Positions 40,769-50,666 of a stretch of DNA of 64,000 nt are shown here, in pieces. Every line of letters begins with the position of its first letter. The first letter of the stretch is position 1. Source of the stretch: Dehalococcoidia bacterium (GTDB lineage: Bacteria; Chloroflexota; Dehalococcoidia; SM23-28-2; RBG-16-64-32); NCBI GenBank assembly GCA_963667205.1, contig OY762959.1, forward strand, positions 1,342,399 through 1,406,398. Reading direction: 5' to 3'. The translations under genes and the position numbers were made by a program. The notes under the pieces are model-generated. The model did no database searches and had not been told where the DNA came from. It saw only the letters and a list, made by a program, of their open reading frames with translations.

Positions 40769-41668
40769 TTGTCCCAAGGAACGGCCGCTCCGGACCCACC
40801 GCTGGCAAGGGCACCCACGTTTCTGAAACAGCTGCCCCTGCGGACGATCCTGAACGCCCTCCGCCACAGGATCGGCATCGTTCTCAGCATAGTGGTGCTT
40901 TTCACGCTGATCGCCCCGCTCCTCGCGCCGTTCGATCCCGCTTCCACCTCATCGGATCGGCTGGCCAGCCCTTCCTGGACGCACCTGATGGGCACCGACA
41001 ACTTCGGCCGGGACATCCTGAGCCGGGTCTTCCATGGCGCCCGTCAGGACATGTTCATCGCGCTCACTGCCACGGCGATGGCGTTGTCCAGCGGCACTTT
41101 CGTGGGAGCAGTATCCGCCTACGTCGGTGGCTGGTCCGACACGGTGCTGATGAGGCTCATCGACGTCGTTCAGTCGTTCCCGATGTTCATCATGGCGCTC
41201 GGCCTCGTTGCGCTGGTGCTCAGCCCCGGCACGCAGACGATGATCATCGTCATCGGTGTCATCAACATCCCGATCTTCGCCCGTCTCATGAGAGCCGAGG
41301 TCCTGGCGCGAAAGTCTCTTCCCTATGTGGACGCTGCCCGCGCCAGCGGCAATTCGTCGGCGAAGGTCCTCTTCTATCACCTGTACCCGAACTCGATGGG
41401 ACCGGTCATGGCGCAATCTGCCGTCACGCTTGCCTGGGCGATCCTCGACGTCGCGGCGTTGAGCTTCCTGGGTGTCGGCGTCACGCCTCCGACAGCGGAG
41501 TGGGGTGTGATGGTCTCGGAGGGCGCACCGTTCATGCTGACCGGCGAGTGGTGGGTCAGCTTCTTCCCCGGCCTCGCCATAGCGCTTGCCGTCTTCGCCT
41601 TCAACTGGGTGTCGGATGAACTGCAGGACATCGTCGACCCACGCCGGCGTGTGCTCGTAAGGATGTAA
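40769..41668 (+). CDS. ABC transporter permease (DppC-like)
   Basis: Multi-TM permease. Confidence 0.85.
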   Translation: MSQGTAAPDPPLARAPTFLKQLPLRTILNALRHRIGIVLSIVVLFTLIAPLLAPFDPASTSSDRLASPSWTHLMGTDNFGRDILSRVFHGARQDMFIALTATAMALSSGTFVGAVSAYVGGWSDTVLMRLIDVVQSFPMFIMALGLVALVLSPGTQTMIIVIGVINIPIFARLMRAEVLARKSLPYVDAARASGNSSAKVLFYHLYPNSMGPVMAQSAVTLAWAILDVAALSFLGVGVTPPTAEWGVMVSEGAPFMLTGEWWVSFFPGLAIALAVFAFNWVSDELQDIVDPRRRVLVRM

Positions 41669-41680
41669 TCGGGGCGATAC

Positions 41681-42673
41681 ATGGTCGAAACACTAGAGTC
41701 TGCGCGAACTACTGATCAGCTCCTGACCGTCGAGGACCTCGCCGTCGGCCTCGTCAACAGCGAGACGCCGGCGATCATCGAGCGCATACAGCTCACCGTT
41801 CCGCGCCGCACCGTCATCGGCGTGCTGGGTGAGAGTGGATCCGGAAAGACGATGATGTCGCTCGCCTTGCTGGGGCTCCTGTCTCCGGAGCTTGCTGTCA
41901 GGTCGGGGCGCATCAGGTTCGAAGGGAACGACATCTCGGGGCGAGAGAACCGCCGGGCGCTCGAGGCTCTGCGCGGGCCTGGAATGGCGATGGTGTCCCA
42001 ACAGCCGACCGACTGCCTGAACCCGATCATGCACGTGGGCACGCAGATAGAGCGGCTTCTGCGACTTCACCGAGGATTCAGTCGCCGGGATGCACACGAA
42101 GAGGCGGCCGAGATACTGACCAACTTCGGATTCGCTCAGCCGAAAGCGGTACTCGGCGCCTACCCCCATCAGCTCAGCGGAGGTATGGCGCAGCGCGCCG
42201 TGCTGGCGATGGCGCTGGCCTGCCGGCCCAAGCTGCTCATCGCCGACGAGCCGACGACAGGGCTTGACGTGACTACGGCGTCCGAGGTCCTCGACTACAT
42301 GATGCAGGTGATCGCCGAATCGGAGGCGTCAGCCCTTGTCGTGACACACGACGTGGGCGTAGTGGCGAAGGTCACCGACTTCCTCGTCGTCATGCACGCC
42401 GGGCACATCGTGGAGCGTGGCCCAACGGCCGAAGTGCTCACCCAACCAAGCCACCCGTATACCCAGGGCCTCCTCGCCAGCGTACCGACCGTCGCGGCGA
42501 AGGCTGAGCTCATCGGCATCCCTGGACAGGTGCCCTCGATAACGGACTACCCGCCGGGATGTCGCTTCGTCGATCGCTGCTCATTCGCCGAATCCCGCTG
42601 CTCCACATTGCCGCCCGACTTCGCCGTAGGCGACGACCATGTGTCGCGCTGTTGGCTTCACGAGGGAAAATGA
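41681..42673 (+). CDS. ABC transporter ATP-binding protein (DppD-like)
   Basis: Walker A GESGSGKT, signature LSGGMAQR, Walker B LLIADEPTT. Confidence 0.9.
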   Translation: MVETLESARTTDQLLTVEDLAVGLVNSETPAIIERIQLTVPRRTVIGVLGESGSGKTMMSLALLGLLSPELAVRSGRIRFEGNDISGRENRRALEALRGPGMAMVSQQPTDCLNPIMHVGTQIERLLRLHRGFSRRDAHEEAAEILTNFGFAQPKAVLGAYPHQLSGGMAQRAVLAMALACRPKLLIADEPTTGLDVTTASEVLDYMMQVIAESEASALVVTHDVGVVAKVTDFLVVMHAGHIVERGPTAEVLTQPSHPYTQGLLASVPTVAAKAELIGIPGQVPSITDYPPGCRFVDRCSFAESRCSTLPPDFAVGDDHVSRCWLHEGK

Positions 42674-43662
42674 CAGAGCCACTGCTTCGAATTAACGACC
42701 TGACCTTCGGGTATCCGGGCCAGGAGCAGCCGGCGGTTGACGGCGTTGACTTGATGATCTCGGAGGGTTCTTCGCTCGGCCTGGTCGGCGAGAGTGGATC
42801 CGGCAAGTCGACTCTCGGTCGTTGCCTGCTCGGGCTGCTTCGGCCCTCTGGCGGCACCATCCTTTTTCAGGGCAACTCGCTGGTCAACGCAAAGCGCTCG
42901 ACGTGGCGTGCTGTCAGACCGAACCTGCAGATCGTGTTTCAGGACCCTCAGACGAGCCTGAACCCGCTGCTGCGAGTCGAAACGATAATTGCGGACCCGC
43001 TGCGATCATTCGGGACGACTCCTCGGCGGGAGATCAAAGACCGCGTGGCAGAGCTGCTCGATCTGGTGGAGCTATCGCCGGACATGACCCGTGCCTATCC
43101 GCACCAACTCAGTGGCGGCCAGAGGCAGCGCGTGGCGATCGCCCGGGCCCTGGCGTCCCATCCCAGCCTCGTCGTGCTGGACGAACCCACCTCCGCCCTG
43201 GACGTCTCCGTTGGCGCTAAAATCCTGCACCTCCTAATGGACATCCAGAACAAGCTTGGCACCGCGTATCTCTTCATCTCGCACGACCTGGCCACCATGC
43301 GCCAGGTCACGGACACGATCTCCGTAATGCTCAGCGGCAAGATCGTTGAGTCCGGTCCCGCTGAGAACGTCCTCCTGAGACCGCAGCATCCATACAGCCG
43401 GGCGCTGCTGGACGCCATACTGGCCCCTCGGCCGCAGGTCGCCGCCGTGCCCCGGCTCAAGCTCCTTCCCCAATCGCCGAACCAGAGCCCGCCGCTCGGG
43501 TGCCGGCTCGTTCGGCGCTGCCCCTTTGCGGAGGAACGATGCGAGGAGCCACCACCTCTGACAGAGGTCTTCGGGGCACAGGTCGCCTGCTGGCTCGCAC
43601 CGATCCCTGAAGATCGGATGAGCGCGCTCCGGAAGCCTGATACGAAGCCCGCAGGTAGCTGA
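42670..43662 (+). CDS. ABC transporter ATP-binding protein (DppF-like)
   Basis: Walker [10 protein letters not shown] and signature LSGGQRQR. The ATG overlaps the upstream stop (ATGA). Confidence 0.9.
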   Translation: MTEPLLRINDLTFGYPGQEQPAVDGVDLMISEGSSLGLVGESGSGKSTLGRCLLGLLRPSGGTILFQGNSLVNAKRSTWRAVRPNLQIVFQDPQTSLNPLLRVETIIADPLRSFGTTPRREIKDRVAELLDLVELSPDMTRAYPHQLSGGQRQRVAIARALASHPSLVVLDEPTSALDVSVGAKILHLLMDIQNKLGTAYLFISHDLATMRQVTDTISVMLSGKIVESGPAENVLLRPQHPYSRALLDAILAPRPQVAAVPRLKLLPQSPNQSPPLGCRLVRRCPFAEERCEEPPPLTEVFGAQVACWLAPIPEDRMSALRKPDTKPAGS

Positions 43663-43885
43663 CCGGCTGACATCCATGACTGCAGGCGGCCCTAATGTGA
43701 CCTCTTCAGGGGTCAGCATCCTGGCTGAAGCCAGATACGGCTCGTACCTGAGCGCGCCTGCCTGAGATCCTGAGGAGGCCCAACGCCGTTCTACAGTTGA
43801 AGCAGAAGGGCTTCGTTGACATTGGGGGATGCGATGTGCTATCCCACGTTACATCGAGAACACGTTTCTCTGAAGGAGGCAACAT

Positions 43886-45484
43886 ATGCGACTCGGGAAG
43901 CTGACCTGGCTGGTCGGCGCACTATTCATTGCTGCAATACTGGCGTTGGCCGCGGCCTGCGGCGACGATGACGGCGGAAGCAGCGCCACTGCAACGCCAG
44001 CGCCTACCGACACCGAGCCCCAGACGCTAACCGTGGCTGTCTCAGCTGAGGGTGCTGGGTTCTGGTGGGGACAGTCGTGGGGTCTCGGCTTTGACGTTGC
44101 GTTCAACACCTACGACACGATTCTCGCCTTCGACGAGAACGGCGCACCGATTCCGAACGTGATGACGAGCTGGGAGGTCCAGGACGACGGTGGCACGTTC
44201 GTCATGAACTTCCAGGACGGGATCACCTTCGAGAGCGGTAATCCTTTGACGGCCGGAGACGTGCTGTGGTCACTGGAGCTGAACCGCGACTGCCCAGGAT
44301 ACGGAGAGGGCTCGTTCGATCAGTTCCACCTCGGCGACTTCACCGGCGATATCCAGGACGACACGACCCTGGTGCTCACACTGCCGAAGGGTGTCGCGAG
44401 GTCCGCGATTCCGGTCATGGCCGCTCACCACGGACTGATCTACGACTCTAAGTTCATCGACGAGCAGACCAGCAACGAGGCCTGCCCAGTCGAGTGGCTC
44501 TCTCAGAACACCGCCGGCTCCGGACCGTACACGCTCGAATCCCTCACGCCCGGTGAGGAAGTGGTCCTGAAGGTCCGCGAAGGTTACTGGAAGGGCGATG
44601 CGAGCATCGACGAGATCACGTACCGGATCGTTCCGGACCCGAACACCCGCTTCCTGCTTCTGCAGTCGGGTGACGTGGACGTGGCCTGGGACATCGCTCC
44701 CGACAAGTGGGAGGAGATCGCTGCCGATCCCAACCTCAACCTGAACAGCGTCGACCTTGCGGACCCGTACTTCCTGGCGGTCGATCAGGACGTCGCACCG
44801 TTCGACGACGTGAACTTCCGCAAGGCCCTCGTTAAGGCCTGGCCGTACGACACGGTGATCGAGAATACCCTCAACGGGTTCGGGGTCACCAACAGCAGCT
44901 TCTCGCGCCCGGTTGATCCCTGGTTCAAGCAGTATGACCTCTACACGGAGGACATCGCCGCAGCCCAGGCCTTCCTCGACCAGTCCGCCTACGCGGACGG
45001 CACGAGCATCACGATCACGATCAACGCCAGCGACCCCCTCCAGGCCGATGCAGTGGTCTGGTATCAGGACGCGCTGCGCGAGATCAACATCGACCTTCAG
45101 ATCGAGGCGCTGCCGCTGGCGGCGATCGGCGAGGCGCGAATCAACCACGAGATCCCGTTCATGATCCACCGCTTCGAAACGTGGGTCGTGGACCTCGAGT
45201 ACTACGCCGGCTTCCAGTGGGGCACGGATTCCGCCAGCAACTGGGTGCAGTACTCGAACACAGAGATGGACACTGTCCTCGACCAGGCCGCGACTGTTAT
45301 CGGCTACGACGATCCGGAGATCGTGCAGCTGCTGACGCAGGCGCAGGACATCATCGCTGAAGATGCCGTCTGGTCGCCGGTCTTCTTGCCGATGGGGGCG
45401 ATGGCCACGTCGACGGAAGTACAGGGCTACGAGTTCGTCTACTACCACCCAGGAGTCGACTTCCGAGGCGTCACCAAGAGCTAG
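43886..45484 (+). CDS. ABC transporter substrate-binding protein, family 5, lipoprotein
   Basis: Signal peptide plus lipobox LAAACGDD on an SBP_bac_5-length protein. Confidence 0.85.
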   Translation: MRLGKLTWLVGALFIAAILALAAACGDDDGGSSATATPAPTDTEPQTLTVAVSAEGAGFWWGQSWGLGFDVAFNTYDTILAFDENGAPIPNVMTSWEVQDDGGTFVMNFQDGITFESGNPLTAGDVLWSLELNRDCPGYGEGSFDQFHLGDFTGDIQDDTTLVLTLPKGVARSAIPVMAAHHGLIYDSKFIDEQTSNEACPVEWLSQNTAGSGPYTLESLTPGEEVVLKVREGYWKGDASIDEITYRIVPDPNTRFLLLQSGDVDVAWDIAPDKWEEIAADPNLNLNSVDLADPYFLAVDQDVAPFDDVNFRKALVKAWPYDTVIENTLNGFGVTNSSFSRPVDPWFKQYDLYTEDIAAAQAFLDQSAYADGTSITITINASDPLQADAVVWYQDALREINIDLQIEALPLAAIGEARINHEIPFMIHRFETWVVDLEYYAGFQWGTDSASNWVQYSNTEMDTVLDQAATVIGYDDPEIVQLLTQAQDIIAEDAVWSPVFLPMGAMATSTEVQGYEFVYYHPGVDFRGVTKS

Positions 45485-45562
45485 TCGACCAAGCTTCAAA
45501 GTCGCAAACGATCGGGGGCACCGTTAATCCGGTGCCCCCGATCAGATTGTAGGCATCCAGAC

Positions 45563-46702
45563 ATGGACTTCCGGTTCACAGCGGAACAGGAGCAACTCCG
45601 CCAGGACGTGCGCGAGTTTCTTTCCGCCGAGCTCGACCCCGCGCACGAGGCACCGGTCGATTCCATGAACTACACCGACGACTGGGACTACCAGCGAGCG
45701 TTCGGTGAAGCGCTGGCCGCTCGCCATTGGCTGGCGCCGTCCTGGCCGAAGAAGTACGGCGGGCTCGACGTCGGATACATCGAGCAGATGATCTTCGGCG
45801 AAGAGCTGGCCTACGGACGGGCGCCGCCGGGCAGCAGGAACTTCGGCGTCAGCCTTCTGGGGCCGGCGCTGCTGACCTACGGCACTGAGACTCAGAAGAA
45901 CACACACCTCCCCGCGATCGCCGCCAGCCGGGTGACCTGGTGCCAAGGATACAGTGAGCCCGAAGCGGGATCTGACCTGGCCTCGCTGACAACCCTTGCA
46001 GAGCGATCGGGCGACATCTACGTCGTGAACGGACGAAAGACGTGGACGAGCAGCGCTCATCGGGCCGACTGGATCTTCCTGCTCGCCCGCACTGATCCGG
46101 CAGCCCCGAAGCACAAAGGCATCTCATTTCTCCTCGCGGAGATGGACAGTCCAGGCATCGAGGTCCGCCCCATCGTGAACATGGCGGGGCGACACGACTT
46201 CAATGAGGTCGTCTTCACCGACTGCCACATCCCGGTGGAGAATCTCGTCGGCGAAGAGAACGCCGGCTGGTACGTAGCAATGACCGTGCTCGACCACGAG
46301 CGGTCGTTCATCAGGTCCGTCGCGGCGGCGCGCAGGACGCTGGACGAACTAACCAGCGCCTCGTCTGGGGGCCAGCGTCAGGCGATCGCCGGCCTTTACG
46401 TGGAGAACGTTGTGGCGCGCTGGCTCAATTACAGGGTCGGCTGGATGCAGGCAGCCGGCCTGACGCCCAACAAAGAGGCGTCACTCTGCAAGATCGTAAG
46501 CACCGAACACCTGCTTCGGGTGAGCCAGGCAGCCGTCAAGCTCGCCGGACTGGCAGCCATCGCGTCGCGGGCCACGGATTCGCAGGCCGTGCGCAGGATC
46601 GGGACCAACCTTCTGACGGCGACGGCGCCGCCGATCTTCGCCGGCACGAACGAGGTTCAGCGCAACATCATTGCGACGCGCGGGCTGGGATTGCCCGCGT
46701 AG
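45563..46702 (+). CDS. Acyl-CoA dehydrogenase
   Basis: ACAD family pattern (QGYSEPEAGSDLASL... catalytic C-terminal region). Confidence 0.9.
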   Translation: MDFRFTAEQEQLRQDVREFLSAELDPAHEAPVDSMNYTDDWDYQRAFGEALAARHWLAPSWPKKYGGLDVGYIEQMIFGEELAYGRAPPGSRNFGVSLLGPALLTYGTETQKNTHLPAIAASRVTWCQGYSEPEAGSDLASLTTLAERSGDIYVVNGRKTWTSSAHRADWIFLLARTDPAAPKHKGISFLLAEMDSPGIEVRPIVNMAGRHDFNEVVFTDCHIPVENLVGEENAGWYVAMTVLDHERSFIRSVAAARRTLDELTSASSGGQRQAIAGLYVENVVARWLNYRVGWMQAAGLTPNKEASLCKIVSTEHLLRVSQAAVKLAGLAAIASRATDSQAVRRIGTNLLTATAPPIFAGTNEVQRNIIATRGLGLPA

Positions 46703-46709
46703 CAGCACC

Positions 46710-47939
46710 TCAGATCACGCCGTCGTTCATCAGCTCGACGATCTCCTCGTCGCGCAAACCGAGGCCAGAGAAGACCTCGAAGTTGTGCTCGCCAGCAGAC
46801 GGCGGTCCCGCGCGCACGCCGGTCGGAGTGCGGGACAGCTTGAGGGCGCTGCCGACGGTCTTGACCTTCCCAATCGGTGGGAACTCCGTCTCGACGATCA
46901 TGTCGCGCGCCTTTAGCTGAGGGTCCTCTACGGCTTCGGCGACCTCCTGCACGTAGTCCACCGCCACTCCCGCGCTTCGCAGCTGTGTGACGGCCGCCTG
47001 ACGCGTCCTGTCGGCCACCCACGAAGCCACAGCGGCGCGGATTCTGTCCCGGTTCGCCAGCTGCCATTCGGCGGTCAGCTGTTCAGCCGTCGCAACCAGC
47101 TCGGGATGCCCGATCGCGTTGGCCAGCTTGACCCAGTTCGGTCCCGGCGGCGCGGCGACGACTATCGGGCCGTCCACGGCTTGGAACGTCTGGTAGGCAG
47201 GAAGGCCCGCCGGATGCTGAACGCCGCTGCGTTTGACGGCAACACCGGTGTTCATGAGGAGCTCGGGGTAGCCATCCAGGGCGCCGAACAGGCAGTCCAG
47301 TAGCGAGATGTCCACCGCCTGACCTACTCCCGTGCGATCGCGATGCCTGAGCGCCGCGATCACGCCGACGGCAACGTGTAACCCCGCGAGGTAGTCCGAG
47401 ACCGAAATGCCGGCCCGCAGCGCCGGCCCGTCCGCTTCGCCGGTGACGCTCATGAAGCCGGAGCGCGCCTGAGCGACGAGGTCGTATCCCGGGAGATCGC
47501 CATCGGGGCCCGTCCTGCCGTACGCCGAGACCGAAGCGTAAACGAGGTCTGCTTTCGTGCTCTTCAGGCGCTCGTAGCCGATCCCGAGGGCTTCCGCGAC
47601 GCCCGCGCGGAAGCCCTCGACGACGACGTCGGTTTCACGGACGAGCTGATGAAAGAGCTCGACGCCGCGTGGTTGCCGCAGGTTGAGGGTGATCGATCGC
47701 TTGTTGCGGTTGAGGTAGAGCCACCAGGCGTTGAAAGGGACCGGCGCGCCGTCACTGAGTATCGCCGGCTGGCGTCGCGATTCGGCCGTCGTGGGGTCCT
47801 CAACCTTGATCACGCTGGCGCCGAGGTCAGCCAGGAGCATCGTGGCGTAGGGACCGGCGATGATCTGAGTGAGGTCGAGGACGTTGACGTCCGCCAGCGC
47901 CATCGGGCGCGGCGGCAAGTCCCCGTCGAGCTTATTCAC
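46710..47939 (-). CDS. CoA-transferase family III (CaiB/BaiF) protein
   Basis: VLDLTQIIAGPYATMLLADLGASVIKVE is the classic CaiB/BaiF N-terminus. Confidence 0.9.
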   Translation of the reverse strand: MNKLDGDLPPRPMALADVNVLDLTQIIAGPYATMLLADLGASVIKVEDPTTAESRRQPAILSDGAPVPFNAWWLYLNRNKRSITLNLRQPRGVELFHQLVRETDVVVEGFRAGVAEALGIGYERLKSTKADLVYASVSAYGRTGPDGDLPGYDLVAQARSGFMSVTGEADGPALRAGISVSDYLAGLHVAVGVIAALRHRDRTGVGQAVDISLLDCLFGALDGYPELLMNTGVAVKRSGVQHPAGLPAYQTFQAVDGPIVVAAPPGPNWVKLANAIGHPELVATAEQLTAEWQLANRDRIRAAVASWVADRTRQAAVTQLRSAGVAVDYVQEVAEAVEDPQLKARDMIVETEFPPIGKVKTVGSALKLSRTPTGVRAGPPSAGEHNFEVFSGLGLRDEEIVELMNDGVI

Positions 47940-47967
47940 TTCTGTCGGGCGCCGGCCGGGCCCTGGC

Positions 47968-48522
47968 TCAAGGGTCCGAGGGAGCTTCGGTCAGCGCGTC
48001 GATAGCTTCCTGGGTCGCGCGCTCACGCAGCTCTTCGGGGTTGCTCGTCAGGTTCCCTTGTTTCGGCGAGGGTTCGATGATGAGCGGGAGGTTGGCGATC
48101 CCCAGGGCCTTGGCCTGGGCCTTGGCGGCCCGCTCGAACACGTCGTGACTCAACGTTATCGTCGGCTTCCCGGTTAGTTCCATCGCTACGGCATCACGCA
48201 CGGTGGCCGCGGTACAGGAACCTCATATACATTCTCCGTTCACCACCACATCAACCTTGGCGACGAACTCCTGGAGCATCTCTTTCGGCACCGGCTTTCC
48301 AATGTGTGGCTTCTTCTGCCAGACGACTCCGCCAAGCTCAAACTTCTCCTCGAGGCCGCTGCGGATCTGCGACATCAGCGGGTACATCTCAATCGTGCCA
48401 TCTTCCAGGGTGTGTCCCCAGCCATCGAGGAAGCCGACTACCTTACTGTTCAAGCTGCCGGGCCTCGAGGCCAGCTGCGTTTCCGTTGACTTGAACTGTG
48501 GTTCGGGTACTAAGACCTGCAC
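47968..48522 (-). CDS. UGSC-motif small protein; single gene read through in-frame TGA at 48223-48225 as candidate selenocysteine; GrdA-like motif spacing
   Basis: ORFs 48223-48522 and 47968-48201 are in the same frame with TGA between them. The joined product reads ...VVVNGECI-U-GSCTAATVRDAVAMELTG.... This resembles glycine-reductase selenoprotein A around its CxxU (ECFVUTAAGAMDLE). Confidence 0.55.
48189..48209 (-). promoter_or_regulatory. Candidate SECIS hairpin about 12 nt downstream of the UGA in the UGSC gene
   Basis: On the minus strand: cggc / cac / loop cgtgc / gtg / (at bulge) / gccg. The apical loop contains GU as in the hairpin at 2408-2440. It is weaker than that one. Confidence 0.3.
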
Positions 48523-48523
48523 T

Positions 48524-49618
48524 TCAGCCTCCTTTGCTTACCTGGGCCTCTAGCGGCCTCGTCACCGCAAAGCCTCCGTAAGTGCCCCATCCGGGAAGGA
48601 CGGCGCACCACCATTGTCCCGAGCCGCCGGTTACCAGCACGTGGATATCGTCCGGGCTATCGACTATCGGGAGCATTTCATTGTCGCTGCGGTCTCTCAC
48701 TGATGGAGCGCCGTCGACGCCCCCCCAGTGCGTTTTCACATGATCGGTCTCGTCCAGGATCTCCATCTCTCGCAGTTGACCGAGGTTCCAGCGCGCGTTC
48801 TCGAACAGGTACTCCTTCACGTCGCTGCGCTTCCAACCAGCGTCGGCCAGGGTCCGGGCCGGCTTCGGTGCGATGATGACCATGTACTGGCCGGCCGAGT
48901 GAAATGCGATCAATCCCAGAGCAGGTATCGACTGCGCCAGAATCTTCATGATGCGTTTGTCGTCGCCGGGGATGTACAGCGCGTGAGGAGGGTCGCAGGC
49001 GAACGTCGTGACCGCACTTGACGCCGCATCGACGCCGTAGTCGGTGTGGAACGGTTCCCACGGCGAGTCCTCGACGTTCTCGGCGACGCAGAACGAGAAC
49101 TTGCCGGGGTGGCCGAGCGTCGCCATGTCGGTCTCGCCGGGAAAGCCTCTGCCGAGGTTCCAGAGGATGAGCCGGATCGCCCGGCCGATCGTCGCGTTGA
49201 CGCGAGACCCGCCGGCGAAGACGTTCTCCCTGTAGTTGAACCCAAGGTCCGTGACCGCGGGCCCGCTGACGATGAGAAGCGGTGCGCAGGGATTGGTGGT
49301 GCACTGCACTCCGTTCAGGTTGAAGCGCTCCTCCAGCATGCACTTGACGCCCTCTATCACGACCGGAACGTACTCCGGGCGGCAGCCCGCCATCACACAG
49401 TTGATCGCGATCTGCTCGACCGTCGCGATCCCCAGCGCCGGCGGGATGACACCGATATCTTCGTCCCGGCCACGCCCGAGGTACTCTACTATCTCCCTTA
49501 CGGCTTCGGCGGTGGGAGGGGATACCGGCAGACCGTCGGTCCAGCCGGACTCATACGCTAGCTCCTGCCACGCGTCGTGATCGGCTACTTCGATAGACCG
49601 GGCGGCTGGAGTGCTCAT
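48524..49618 (-). CDS. Hypothetical Cys-rich protein (364 aa), between trxB and the UGSC selenoprotein gene
   Basis: ORF with coding-like composition. Cys pairs NCVMAGC and CTTNPC. Possibly glycine-reductase component-B-like; that is a speculative recollection. Confidence 0.5.
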   Translation of the reverse strand: MSTPAARSIEVADHDAWQELAYESGWTDGLPVSPPTAEAVREIVEYLGRGRDEDIGVIPPALGIATVEQIAINCVMAGCRPEYVPVVIEGVKCMLEERFNLNGVQCTTNPCAPLLIVSGPAVTDLGFNYRENVFAGGSRVNATIGRAIRLILWNLGRGFPGETDMATLGHPGKFSFCVAENVEDSPWEPFHTDYGVDAASSAVTTFACDPPHALYIPGDDKRIMKILAQSIPALGLIAFHSAGQYMVIIAPKPARTLADAGWKRSDVKEYLFENARWNLGQLREMEILDETDHVKTHWGGVDGAPSVRDRSDNEMLPIVDSPDDIHVLVTGGSGQWWCAVLPGWGTYGGFAVTRPLEAQVSKGG

Positions 49619-49631
49619 ATTGTCGGCTCGA

Positions 49632-50594
49632 TCATGACAGTGATTGCCTTTCGTTCGCCTGGCCGTTGCGGAGGTAGGCCAGCGCGTTCAGCGCCGCTGT
49701 GGCGCCATCGCCCGCGGCCGATACGAGCTGCCGGGACGAATAACGGCGGATATCTCCCGCAGCGTAGAGGCCCGGCTGCCCCGCGCTGAGGTCGTGGTCG
49801 ACGGTGATGTGCCCACGCTCGTCGGTCGTGACGACGTCGCGGATAGGCCCGATGTTCGGCGTGAGACCGATGAAGATGAAGACTCCACTGACCGGGATCG
49901 TCTCATCCTTGCCCGAACCCGCGTCCGCGATGGCGATCTCCTGCACGACGGTGTCGCCACGGATCTCCTTGACGACGCTTCTGGTGTGTACGTGAATGTT
50001 CGGCGTCTCGTTCACGCGTTCCTGCAGCACGGCTGCCGCCCCCAGACCTTCTCCGCGAATCAGGAGGTGGACATCGCTGGCAAAGGTGCTCAGAGTGAGC
50101 GCCTCGTCGCAGGCGCTGTCGCCGCTTCCTACCACTGCCACGGGCAGACCCTTGAGCAGGGGGCCGTCGCAGGTGGCGCAGTCGGACACGCCGTGGCCGA
50201 AGAACTGCTCCTCACCGGGGATGCCCAGCGACTGCCGGGTCGACCCCACGCAGATGATGACTGCTCGTGCGCGGACGGCACCGTCCGGAGTCGCGAGTTC
50301 CCAGTGCCCGTTGACGGCGCTCAGCGCTTCGACTTCGACTCCCATCCTCAGATCTGCGCCGGCGTCCAGCAACTGCTCGAGCATGTTCGTGGCAAGCTCG
50401 TGACCGGCAATCGGGCCCGATGTCCCGGCGTAGTTCTCAACGTGTTCGGCTGTGGCGATCTGGCCGCCTGGACTGCTTTTCTCGAAAACGATGGTTTGTG
50501 CACCCCCGCGCTGAGCGTATATCGCAGCTGACACGCCCGCGGCGCCGGCGCCGATTATCGCGATTTCAGTATCTTCCAAAGATTCCGCCCGCAC
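49632..50594 (-). CDS. trxB: Thioredoxin-disulfide reductase
   Basis: FAD motif IAIIGAGAAG, redox-active CATCDG, NADPH motif VVGSGDSA. Confidence 0.85.
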   Translation of the reverse strand: MRAESLEDTEIAIIGAGAAGVSAAIYAQRGGAQTIVFEKSSPGGQIATAEHVENYAGTSGPIAGHELATNMLEQLLDAGADLRMGVEVEALSAVNGHWELATPDGAVRARAVIICVGSTRQSLGIPGEEQFFGHGVSDCATCDGPLLKGLPVAVVGSGDSACDEALTLSTFASDVHLLIRGEGLGAAAVLQERVNETPNIHVHTRSVVKEIRGDTVVQEIAIADAGSGKDETIPVSGVFIFIGLTPNIGPIRDVVTTDERGHITVDHDLSAGQPGLYAAGDIRRYSSRQLVSAAGDGATAALNALAYLRNGQANERQSLS

Positions 50595-50666
50595 GTTGCC
50601 TCAGATGCGTAGTCTATTGATAATTGCTCTAACCCAGCCTGTCAAGACGATCGGAGGAGGTCCGCC

